A stretch of DNA of 64,000 nucleotides from Octopus vulgaris (lineage: Eukaryota): contig OX597815.1 in assembly GCA_951406725.2 (NCBI GenBank), positions 71,486,001-71,550,000 on the forward strand, written 5' to 3'. The notes beneath the pieces are model-generated. The model made no database searches and was not told where the DNA came from. It worked only from the letters and a program-made list of their open reading frames with translations. Each line of letters opens with the position of its first letter. Position 1 is the stretch's first letter. Of this stretch, positions 40,047-51,910 are shown piece after piece. Made by a program: the position numbers and the translations under genes.

Positions 40047-40755
40047 TCTTAAGAATTCATATTTTTGTTTATAACTACAAGAAGAAAATTAAAACCCAGT
40101 ATTTGCAGAATTTGAAATTTGAAGCCTGAGACTTCAGTTTAAATTCAGTTATCTGGTTTAGTGCTGTAGAGTTTTTGCTGTAACCATTCTGCTATATATT
40201 TGTTAAATTAATAATAAGTGTTTGACTAAACTAGGAGTAAGAAACATTTATGAGATGGCTTGTTGAATTATGAATTTTAATGAGTCGTTTTGCCAGTGTG
40301 TCAGATACACTTTTCAAAAGTCTTTCTTCTTCCTTATACTGTCATAATCATTCCTGAAACAAACCAGTTTATTATAATACATGATATGATGGAAAAATTA
40401 TTAATAACACAAAGACAAGGTAAAAAAAAATAAAGTGTATTATGTTTTCACTTAGGGAAAATAGATGGAAAAGTCTTTTATTGATATATATTTATACATA
40501 AGATTTCATTACGTACATTCATATATATCATCATCGTCATCATTATTTAACGTCCACTCTTCATGCTGACATGGATTAGACAGTTTGACTGGAGCTGTTG
40601 AGCTGGAGAGCTGTACCAGGTTCTGGTCTGACTTAGCATGGTTTCTACAGCTGGATGCCCTCTTTAATGCCAATCACTCCAGGAGTGTAGTGGGTGCTTT
40701 TACATGACACCAAGAACGGTCACAACTACAATTCATGGGTGTCATTTACATGGCA

Positions 40756-40791
<36 letters not shown>

Positions 40792-41607
40792 TTGCACAAA
40801 TACCTATAACTGCTGGGATTTTCCAAGAAAGAGTAAAAGAAACTGGCACAAATCTTCTAAATCCATTCTGTTAGTGGCACAATGAAAATTTGTATGACAT
40901 TCCAAAGATTCTTCATCTGAGATTCTTTAAACGAATAGATGCACACACTTGATTGTGTGCAGGTTTGTAAATGCATATGTAAAAACTAATCATGGACACA
41001 CACACACATACACACACACACACACACCTAAATGCAGAAGAGACATGTTCACACTAAGTTTGGGTATGTACACCTACGTCCATCTTGAACTCTATGAAGA
41101 ACTTGAATAAATCTTAAAGAAAGTGTGAGTGCACACACACACACACACATGCATATGCTTACACATGCAATGTATAAACCAAAGCCACACAGAAATGGTT
41201 GTGGAAGTTGTGTTATAAATTGAATTATATCTACTATGCAAGAATGATATTAATATTATCAACTTAGTAATATGAAAGTCAGTAGCAATCCAATCACGAT
41301 CTCACCTCTGACCTCAAAGAGACCCAACTACAGATACTATAAACCATTTAATTTGGCTTCTTACAAATTAGTTGTATGATGCTGATGGTGATGGTGGTAG
41401 TTTCAAATTTTGGCACAGGTCCAGCAATTTCAGAGAGGGACTAGTTGATTGCATCGCCTCCCCACCTCCCTGTGCTCAACTAGTACTTATTTTATCGACT
41501 CCAAAAAGATGAAAGTTGATCTCAGCGTAAATGCAGACGAAATGCCACTAAGCATTTTGTCCGACATGCTAATGATTAATAATAATAAGAATAAGAATAA
41601 TAATAAT

Positions 41608-41930
41608 ACCAAGCAACAATAATGATAAAGAGAAAATTGTACAGTATTCAGACTTGAGAACAGATGTCAATAGAATGTAGAATATAAAAGCAAGATCAGT
41701 ACCAGTTGTAACTGGAATACTTGGGTTGGTGATGAGAAACCTTCAGAAACACCTTGACACAACTGGAATCTGTCCTGGCCTTATGACATTGCGAAAGACA
41801 ACACTTTTGGGAACAGCAGATATCTTGCGGAAAGTATTGTCTAAGATTGCATAACTTGATAGAGAGTTAATTAAACAATCCTGTGTTGATGAGATCATCA
41901 CTGTGCAAATGAAAGAATAATAATAATTAT
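41608..41930 (+). mobile_element. Dong/R4-type LINE 3' end within (TAA)n
   Basis: DKEKIVQYSDLRTDVNRM*NIKARSVPVVTGILG..LRKTTLLGTADILRKVLSKIA* (41624-41854); aataataat on both flanks. Confidence 0.8.
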
Positions 41931-43109
41931 AATAATGATAGTTTCTAATTTAGGCACTCGGGCCAACAATTTGGAAGGAGAAATTAGTCAATACTATTGA
42001 TCCCAGTGCTTGACTGATATGTTTTTTTCATCAACTCTGGAAGTTGGAAAAGCAGAGATAACCCCAATGAGATTTGAACCCCAAATGTTAAGAGTCAGAA
42101 TAAATACCGCTAAGCATTTTGTTTGACACTCAAATGACCAATCCATCAATCTGTGGAAAATAACAAGCAAGAGTGTGTTGTTAGTTAAGACTGCAAGGAT
42201 GTTGATGATGATGACAGTAATGATTGTGATGATGATAGTGAGGATGGTGATGAACACGATGACAGTTATGGCCCTTGCTGCCACCACAATTATTATCGCC
42301 ATTGTCTTTCATCATCATCGTCATCTTCACTGTCCTCTTTACCATTTTTATTATTATCATTTTTATGCCCATTACAACCACTGCCATCGTCACAACTCTC
42401 CTCCTCCTTTGGCTAAACAGTAAGCAGTTCTCTATATGTGGCTGTCTTTTATTGAAAGTCCTGTATTAGTGTTATTGATTTTTTTTTCCCCTTTTCCTCC
42501 TTCTCTCCTTTCCTATATACACTAACAACATTTGTTCAGCATGTGAAGAAGTATGCAGCATGTGTACATCTGTAGATCTGTACATTTCTCTATATCACCC
42601 AGCTCATGTCCCCCTTGAAATCTCCTGATTTCACAATCTTGCCTGAGATCTGTTTCAATAGCTGAGATCCTAGCATGCATTTCCCAGTATTGATTTTTAT
42701 ATGTATATTTGTACACACAAGAAATATCCACTGTATGTGTGTGTGTGTGTATCTCCTACAAAAGCAGTAGTTCCAACCAGGAATTGGCTTTGCTGCCCAC
42801 TGGTCAAGGAGGAAAATCTTACAGTGAATGTATGGTGGTCATAGCTAAAAATGCAGTAGAATGATGATAATAATAATGATTTGGACATGGCATTCTATCC
42901 ATGGCTTGTGTCTATGATTACCACATATCTGTATTAGTCAGTTTAGTGGTATGCACAGTAGTAGTAGTAGTAGTAGTAGTACATAATTATAATAGAGGCT
43001 GCAATGATGGTTTGATACTATGTGTTGTGTGTGTGTGTATATATATATATATATCGAGAGAGAGAGGGAGAATGCTGGCTTTATATGTGGCAGTGTTAGA
43101 TATATAGTG

Positions 43110-43300
43110 TGGCCACATTTGTAATTATAGAACTGGCTTTTATCTGTAATCTCTTTTGGGAGTCGAGACCATATCTGCAATCATGCTATAAATTTGTAGC
43201 CATATCTACTGAGTTTGTGATCTTATCTGTGGTATGGAATCATAGTCTTCACTGTTCTAGGATACATGTTTATAATCTGAACTTTGGTGTGATGCAGTCA
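43110..43300 (-). mobile_element. LINE ORF2 3' end fragment (CR1/L2-like)
   Basis: RYGYKF..LQIWSRLPKEITDKSQFYNYK resembles 'YG..S....G..IWN.LP.EI......FK'. Confidence 0.5.
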
Positions 43301-44871
43301 GGACTTTAACTGGATATCATACAGTTATGGCCTTAATGGTAGTGTTATGAAGATGTTGTATTGTGATCTAAATTAAACCTTTCCATCAAAATTTCATATC
43401 AATTTATGTTCCAAACACCAGCTTAATAGTGACAAAGTTATTTTACTAAATTTGTCATTACTTTCAAGATTAATTGCAACAGAGACAAAATATTTCAACA
43501 CACACACACAGCAGAACATCAAAGATATAACAGCTAAATAGAGAAAGAGAGAGAGGACTATACTAGCCATTAAGCTAGTACTCACTCACTTTCAGTTGTG
43601 TAAGCTGGAACAACATGAAATGAAATAACTTCCTCAAAAACATAATGTGCTGCTCAATCCAGAAACCAAACTTGCAACCTTATGATCGTGAGCCCAGAAC
43701 CTTAACCACTGAGCCAAAGTGTTTCCTCTTCTAAACATCAGCTACTTAGATGTCATCAGCCTAAGGTGCCCTGCAAAGGTCAGGGCGTTGTCCTTATTCC
43801 ATTGACTAAAGAGAAGTAAAAAATAAATTTTCCCTCAAAGACATAACACTTATCCAATTTCCTCTTGGGTAAACTAAAGCAAGAGTTTATCAGTTGATAT
43901 TCAGATGGTCCTAAGAAGCTTTAAAAATAGCCAAGTTGATGTATAAATTTGTTTCAATAAAGTAACATGTTGGGAGGGAGAAAGAAAAAAAGAAAGAGAA
44001 AAAGAATATATAGTAGAGGTCTTTAGTATAAAGAAGGAAATCTGTGAAAATGTAGTAGTTATATTCTATTTAAGGTGTTGGATGTCGAAGGGTTTGACCA
44101 TATATACTGAATGTGAATGCGATTCTAGAATGTAAAGTTTTGGTAAAATATTATTTTTCATTGATTAGTGATGGTTATCTGGATAAGTTGCATGACTATT
44201 GATCACATGATTCTGGGTTCAAATCAACTGTGATCAATCCACATGCAAGGCACTGTCTGTTTTAATTTGTTTGATTGAGAACAAGTTTAATTCCTGCTTC
44301 ACACTCAAATGGACAGTGGCAATAAGGGTGTTCAACTGTAAAAAAAAAACAAAAAAAAAAACAATTCCTCTATCAAAACCTATCCCAGACCAGCTCAGAA
44401 AAATGGATAGGAAAAAATAAACTAGAAATCAATGTCAGAAAGATCTAGAAATTTATCAATAAGGACAACTTAACCTAGCAATGTTTTGCACGATAAATTG
44501 GAAGGAGAACAAAAATGCTGCCTACACACATTTGTGAATATAGACTACTTTCAGTATACAGATGTCTGTATTGATTGCTATGAGATACCATTAGAGATTA
44601 CGAGGAGCCACTGTGGTAGAGAACTTTGGGAATTTCAGCTTTGTGTTGTTCATATATTGGTTGGATGTGGTAAAATATACTCATTCGTTGATAAGTGGTG
44701 GTGATTGTAGTATTTCTAATACTACAATACTGATTAAAGAGACTTAGCGGTTGTGGCTTGAAACTTTCTGTTTTTGGATACATATGAATAACATGTGTTG
44801 AGTGGGATGATATACAAATGATACCAAGATGAGAAGTTGGTATCCTTTCTATAGAACTATAATCATAATAA

Positions 44872-45450
44872 TCTTTTCTATTAAGGGTACAAGGCATGAA
44901 AATTGTGGGTAGGGCTTAAGTTGATTACATCAACCCCAGTACATTACTGGTACTTAATTTATCAACCCCAAAAGGATGATGGGTAAGTCAACTATGCAAT
45001 TTGAACTCAGAATGTAAAGATGGATGAAAATGCTGATAAGCATTTTGCCTGGCATGTTAACGATTCTGCCAGCTCACCACCTCAGTAATAATGATAATAC
45101 TTTCTACACAAGGGAAATTTGGGGAAGGGAGATGGTCGGTTACATCGACTCCAATATGCAACTGGTACTTATTTTATCGACCCTGAAGGGTGAAAGGCAA
45201 AGTCAACCATGGCAAAATTTGAACTCGGAAATAATAATAATGATAATTTGTTATTGTGATCATCCTAAGGTGACAAGCTAGCAGAATTGTTAGCACACCA
45301 GGTGAAATGCTTAGTGACATTTCATCCATCTTCATGCTCTGAGTTCAAATTCCACTGTGGTTGACTTTGTCTTTCATCCTTTTGGGGTTCGATAAAAAAT
45401 AATTACCCCTTGAACACTGGGGTTCATGCAGTTGATTTAATCTCCATTTG
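44872..45450. mobile_element. Cluster of family A SINEs (two minus, one plus)
   Basis: Minus copies at ~44872-45082 and ~45100-45230; plus copy at ~45268-45450. Confidence 0.75.
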
Positions 45451-45743
45451 TGAAATCCTTCACAGATGGTGATTTTATATTTCTAGCAATGCATTGCTAT
45501 ATATGTTTCAGCATGGTAGGTATTATTATGAGACCACCTCACCATATCCATAAGATATTATTAAATATTATTTGTAATATCCATGGATCCTATGGGGCCC
45601 CATTAATTCGACATGCATACTTCTCCAGGCAATTTTTGCATTAGTTTACATTGGATTTCTTTGTTCTTTAGACTTCAATTTATATATTTATACATATATA
45701 TATTCTTTTGCTTGTTTCAGCTGCAGCCATGCATCTGTTTATA

Positions 45744-46121
45744 TTCTTTTACTTGTTTCATTCATTTGACTGTGGTCATGCTGAAGCATTGCCTTGAAGG
45801 GTTTTAGTCAAACAAATCAAGCCCAGCACTTACCTTTTTTTAAAGCCTTGTACTTATTCTATCGGTCTCTATTGCTGAACTGCTAAGTTATGGATACATA
45901 AACACACCAACACCAGTTGTCAAGCGGTGATGGGGGTACACACACACATAAATATAAACATATATATACGACAAGCTTTCAGAATCCATCTACCAAATCC
46001 ACTCACAAGGCTTTGATCAGCCCAAGGCTATAGTAGAAGACACTTGCCCAAGGTGCCATACAGTGGGACTGAATCTGAAACCATGTGGTTGGGAAGCAAG
46101 CTTCTTACACAGCTATGCCTG
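45744..46121 (-). mobile_element. SINE family B with alternative tail (..gactgaaacaagtaaaag type)
   Basis: Same head/CORE as 39642 but followed by ccgcttgacaactgg..cttagcagttcagcaa..gaataagtac..gaaacaagtaaaaga. Confidence 0.85.
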
Positions 46122-47329
46122 TATGTACACAAACACACACACACACACACATATATATGCAGTATAGCAGAACTGGCATTGGATTAAATGGATTACTGTA
46201 TTTAGTTATGTCCTTTTATATTCAGATCCTGCTAGATTGAAGTTTGCCTTTTATTACTTTAGTGTATATAAAATATACACCTTTTATGTACTGGTTAAAT
46301 TTAATCAGCTATACTCCTCTGTCTGCTATAATTTTTGTTTTTTTGCCAACATGAAAAATCATTATTATTGGCTTTTTTCCCAATTATCTGAATTCAGTTT
46401 ATTTTATTGAAATTATCAATCATTCTTATATGACCACGTATATATATCTGTGACCCAAATTTTTAAATGCTCAGTTGTTTGATAGATTTTATTGTTGGTT
46501 TTTTTTTTTTTCTTTTGTGTGTGTGTGAGATGTGATGTCCTAGTGCAAAGGTCAAAGATCAAAGATAGTACTGTTTGCAAATGACAGTCGACCAGTATAT
46601 TGTCTTTCTTTTAATCTAATTTAATTCTGTTTTGATTTTTGTTTTTTACCAATTTTTTAATTTTTTAATTATTTTTTTTTAAATCTCTTCTAACAAATTA
46701 GAGTGCAATAGCTTAAAATTTATTTTAAAAACAGATCTGCCCATGTTAAATGTAAAAAGACTCAAGAAAACTTTATTCAATATTCCATATTAAATATTCC
46801 ATTCATGGCATTTCACAAAGATATTCATAGAACTTGCAAAGATATTCTATGATATTCATAGAAATAGTAAAGATGCAAAGCGAACTGCTTTTGTGCGTGG
46901 AGAGCCTGGATCACTTGAAAATGAAAGTGATTCCATATTAAACTTCAGAATAAAAGGCCATGAAGAATATGCTTCACAAGGTGTCATATCTCTAATTAAG
47001 GTCTCTATTATCATATTTACCATAATCCTGACATTTGATACACTAGATTCCTTTCCTCATTCCTGAAAGAACTTCAAATTGGATTTTACAACATTAAGAT
47101 TTGATCATATATTTTCCTACCCGTTTGGATGCTTCAGGAATTGTAAATTTGGCCATTCAAAGATCAGTTGAATAAGCAAACGAATTTGCTGGTGAAGTTA
47201 GAGTAGGCAGTTACAAAGGTTGTAATTACACATTCACAAGAATATGTTGTACTAACTGTCGGATAAAAGTACCTCTCTTGCAAACCATTATCAATTTAGA
47301 TTATAGAAAACAAAATTCTTCCTTATTTG

Positions 47330-47399
<70 letters not shown>

Positions 47400-47939
47400 G
47401 AGCATCATTTTAGCATCTGCTTTTCCATACTGACAAGAGGTCAGAGTTTGCTAAAGCAGATTTTCTACAGCCAGATACCATTCCTGTCACCAAACCTCAC
47501 CTGTTTCCAGGCAAGATAATATTTCTCTATGGCCAACCATGTTTCTGCATATTTGGAAATAAATGACATTCATTTACAACACTCCTGCATGTCAAGACCA
47601 AAGAAATGCAAACACATGTGCATACACACACACACACACACACAGAGGTTTTCTTTCAGTTTCTTTCTTCTAAATCCACTCACATGGCTTTGGCTTACCC
47701 AGAGCTACAGTAGATGACACTTGCCCTAGGTCCCACACAGTGGAACTGAACCCGAAGTCATGTAGTTAGGAAGGAAACTTCTTAATCACATTCTCACAGA
47801 GAGAGAGAGGCAGCAAGGGCATAGCTGTATAGTTAAGAAGTTTGCTTTGCAACTATGTGGTTCCAGATACATTCCCATTGTGCACCACTTTCAGAATCTG
47901 TTTTCCATAGCTTTAGGCCTACCAAAACTTTGTGTATGG

Positions 47940-48205
47940 GTTTAGCTGCTGATGTTGGATCCCCATGCACAGCTTCCAGCACCTCTTGAACTTTGACAAC
48001 AAATAGTTGTACAACTTTCACAAAGCAAGGTATCCCTGTATCACTATGATGCACTTCTAAAGCAGCAATCACAGCATGCCTTTTCATTTGCTGAGTCAGC
48101 CTGATGTCTGACATTATTTATCTGAAAAGCAAGGTAAAAAAAATAAGTTAGAATAAAGTTAGAGCTCTTGAAAGTTGTATCTTTAAGAAACTGATGCACT
48201 TTGTA
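47940..48205 (-). mobile_element. Tc1/mariner-superfamily element 5' end (terminus plus transposase N-terminal HTH)
   Basis: TA-tacaaagtgcatc terminus (degenerate TACAGGGTG type); MSDIRLTQQMKRHAVIAALEVHHSDTGIPCFVKVVQLFVVKVQEVLE. Confidence 0.65.
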
Positions 48206-48227
48206 TATATCTGTGTGTGCATATGTG

Positions 48228-48679
48228 ACTAATAGCACACGACCGGGAAATGCAGTGCCCTGCAACTGCATAAGTACATCCGAATGTCCGTTACGTGGGG
48301 AATGTCGGGCTAAAAACGTAATCTATTCATGTGAGGTGAGTACCCAGTTTAACACACTCACCTACATAGGTTGCTCGACCTCCTGGAAATCCAGATACTA
48401 CAACCACCGGTCCTCATTCAAGCATAGACACAAGGCTAGCAGCACCTCCCTATCTAAAAAAATTTGGGAATTAAAAGACAATAGCATAGGTTTCAAACTC
48501 AGGTGGTCCATCATCGGATCAGCTGCACCTTATTTAAATAATAGAACAGCCTATGTTGTGTGGAACTCCTGAATATCTTGAAATTCAAGGAGAAACACAA
48601 TCTAATTAATAAAAGATCTGAATTTAAGCTCTCTTGTATACACAAACTAACCAATACTTTTAAATACTACAAAGCTTAG
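48228..48679 (+). pseudogene. Penelope-like element C-terminal GIY-YIG endonuclease (5'-truncated, one frameshift)
   Basis: CNCISTSECPLRGEC..VIYSCEV..YIGCSTSWKSRYYNHRSSF..TSLSKKIWELK..WSIIGSAAPY / SLCCVELLNIL..NLINKRSEFKLSCIHK..TAG. Confidence 0.9.
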
Positions 48680-50625
48680 GCTATTATACCAACTCCCCCA
48701 TACAATATCCTCCCATCCAAGTACAACTTGTCGGCTCCAGCACATCCCGTTTTTTTCCTATATATATATTTTTTTTTTTCCATATATATATATTTTGTCT
48801 GCCATATATTTTTTTTCCTATATATTTCTTTTCCTACATCTATCTTTTTCCTATATATATATATATTTTTTCCCTATATCTATACCTTTTTCCATTTCTA
48901 GTTTTGATGTTGAGCGCACACTCCCGAACCCTGCTTCCCACCCTTTCACTTATGACTACTCCGTAATTTTCCCCTCCTCCCTGCCTCAGTTCCCCTCCCT
49001 GCCCCTAGGTGGTCACCTTTAACACACACCTGTAACTTTACCTTTGCAACCACCTTTTATTTTTACCTTCATTTCATGTTAATCTTTACTCAATTACCTT
49101 TGTTTTATTTTATTTTATTTTTTATTTCTAATTTTTAATTTTATCCTTATTTTTACTTCTATTTTTACCCCTATTTTATCACTTTTTATCTCCATGTATG
49201 TCTATTTTTAGTTCTTTTTCCTTATATGCTTATCTATGTATCTGTATGTATATGTATATATGTGTGTGTGTATGAATATGTATGTGTGTTTATATGTGTA
49301 TGCCTTTTTTTATATATTTTTTAAATATTTTTTATATTTTTTATATATTTTATATATATCTATATATATATATATGTGCGTGTGTCTGTGTATGTATATG
49401 TATGTGTATACGCATATATATAGACACACAGATATAAGTGTGTGCATGTGGATGTGTGTGTGTGTATGTATGTACACATATATATACGTGTGTGTGTATG
49501 TGTATATGTATATATATGTATATATATATGTGTGTGTATGTGTATATATATATGTGTATATATATATTCTGTTATACTTTCTTACCCTCAGGTTTCTTAC
49601 TTTCATGTCTACCTTTTGTATCCACTATAATTCCGTATCTTGCCTGTGTGCGAGAATGGATCTACTTGTTATACCTGTGTCTGTGCATATGCATATTTTT
49701 GTGTATATGCATAGGGATTTACTCCCTCATGTGTGTGGGTGTGGGCGTGAATTTGGGTGTATGCATATTTTTGCCCATATGCATAGAGATTCACTTCGTC
49801 TTGTGAATGAGTGTAAGTGCGAGTGTGCCTGTATGTGCGCATGTGCGTGTATGTACATACGTACGTATGCACATCAGTTCGTGTACCCAACTACATGCGC
49901 CTTTCCCCCCCCCCGTATGTATCTGTATATTTTTACACGAGTATGTATGCTTGTATGCGTGCATATATATACGCGTGTATATGTGTATATGTATCCATAC
50001 GTGTGTACGTATGTACATGTTGACCACTAGACAATTTACGAGGAAATAGATAAGTGGTTTAACCACAAACCAGACAACCCTCTACAATATACTGAGTCCC
50101 CAGCCTTTCCAGTTGATTTATGACACCTACTGCTTAGGCTTCTACAACCAGAATATGTCATCTTCCTGACCACCATGTTCCTAACCACTTTATATCCCTT
50201 ATCCTTATATTCTTTTATATTTTCATATTTTTGATACTTTTTTATATTTTTTATATCTTTATATTCATTTATACTTTTTTTATATTTCTTTATATTTTTA
50301 TATTTTATATTTCTATATTTATATTTTTTTATCTTTTATATTTTTATATTTTTTATCTTTTGTCCTTAATTCTCGCCCCTCTATCTTTATCCCTATTAAC
50401 TTTTATTACCAGGTTCCTTCACGGCTATGTGTATTTATATATTTATTTATTCATTTATCTATATTACCTCAACATCCAAACTTTCTCATTCTACATTGAG
50501 AGAAAGACGGGATGGACGCTTCATTTTTGTGCTGGTACCGCATTATGTCGTATGCGACTGAGAGGATTTGCATCCCCAACATAGAATTTTTGACGTAATA
50601 CATGTCCTTGAAGTAGTAATTGTGC

Positions 50626-50703
50626 GTGGCTGAAGAAGGCCATAGACACACATTATGCATTGTTATAAATCCATCTAATAAAGGCCCGAAACATATGTAC
50701 CGC
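50626..50703 (+). ncRNA. Type I hammerhead ribozyme
   Basis: Stem I GUGG/CCGC; core CUGAAGA (50630-50636); stem II GGCC..GGCC; GAAA (50688-50691); palindromic stem III ACAUAUGU; GUA cleavage triplet ending 50699. Confidence 0.82.
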
Positions 50704-50842
50704 TGAATCCTTGGCATCGTGTTTTTATTTTGATTAATTTACTCCACCACCTACACCACCAAACGGTATATACAGGTGCTTACAATTATCAAGTACTCAC
50801 CCTGAATTTTTTTATATATATATATTCTTTTTTTGTTTGTTC

Positions 50843-51215
50843 GTTTCAGTTATTTGACTGAGGCCATGCTGAAGCACTGCCTTTTAGTCAAAGAAATCAA
50901 CCTCAGGACTTATTCTTTGTAAGCCTAGTATTTATTCTATCGTTTATAACCAACATTGGTTATCAAGCAATTGTGGGGGGAACAAACACAGACACAAAGA
51001 CACACATATAAATATATGCATATTTATATATATATATATATATATATACATACACACACAGTGGGCTTCTTTTCAGTTTCTGTCTACCAAATCCACTCAC
51101 AAGGCTTTGGTCAGCCTGAGACTATAATAGAAGACTCTTACCCAAGGTGCCATGCAGTGGGACTGAACCTGGAACCATGTGGTTGGGAAGCAAGCTTCTT
51201 ACCACATAGCCACAT
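50843..51215 (-). mobile_element. SINE family B with alternative tail
   Basis: Same structure as 45744-46121. Confidence 0.82.
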
Positions 51216-51579
51216 GTGTATGTATGTATGCATGTATATATATGTATATCTATTTATGTATATATATATATGGTGTTAAAATAAATAACTTGTTTGTGAA
51301 TCTGCCTAATATTGCAGCAGCGGCAGCAGCAGTATCCTCATTAACAACAAAGTCCTTATTAGTGTCAATTACAGGTAATTTATTGGAGTACAGAATAACC
51401 AATACACTCAACATCAGATCCTATAAATCAATCACTGAAACCATCCCTATTCAAAAAATGGTATTAAAAAATTGGCAATTACATTATTTATTTCAGTTTC
51501 AGTTCCTTAAACCATACCATTATGAAATACTTCAATAATCACAATTTGTGCTGTTGAGTGGAGGTGGTGGTGGTGGTGG

Positions 51580-51910
51580 CCAATAGTTTGAGGGGTGTCT
51601 CATCAGACTGTAAAGGCAAACAGCTGCAAGATTTCATTTTCAATAACAATTTATGCATATTTAATAATAATTCTCCAGCATACTTGCATCCAGGAAATGG
51701 ACAGTATACTTCCATTGACCTCACACTTAACAGTTTGCTTTCTTTCCTCTCTCTCTCTCTCTCTCTCTCAATTTTATTTGGAAGACTCAAGGTGATCTGT
51801 GTGGAAGTGACAATTTCCTTATAATATTTACAGACCAATGAAGCCTGCAGCAATGAAAGACTCTCTCTCTGGAGACAATTGACAAGCCAGATTGGAAGCT
51901 GTTTCAAATT
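51580..51910 (+). pseudogene. Apurinic-like endonuclease fragment of an I/Nimb-group LINE
   Basis: KGKQLQDFIFNNNLCIFNNNSPAYLHPGNGQYTSIDLTL..WKTQGDLCGSDNFLII matches 'TY.HP.TG..S.IDL..W....DL.GSDHFPI'; interrupted by (CT)n. Confidence 0.82.

Larger units (their letters stand above)
48228..50812 (+). mobile_element. Penelope-like retroelement: endonuclease end plus ~2.1 kb 3' UTR with hammerhead
   Basis: GIY-YIG ORF end, CpG-retaining UTR, hammerhead on the same strand, ends at a (TA)n tract. Confidence 0.75.

Noticed and set aside
49236-50066. Longest ORFs (up to 264 aa) rich in Y/V/C/M/I/H/T
   Set aside because: Translations of degenerate (TG/TA)n repeats, open in many frames on both strands
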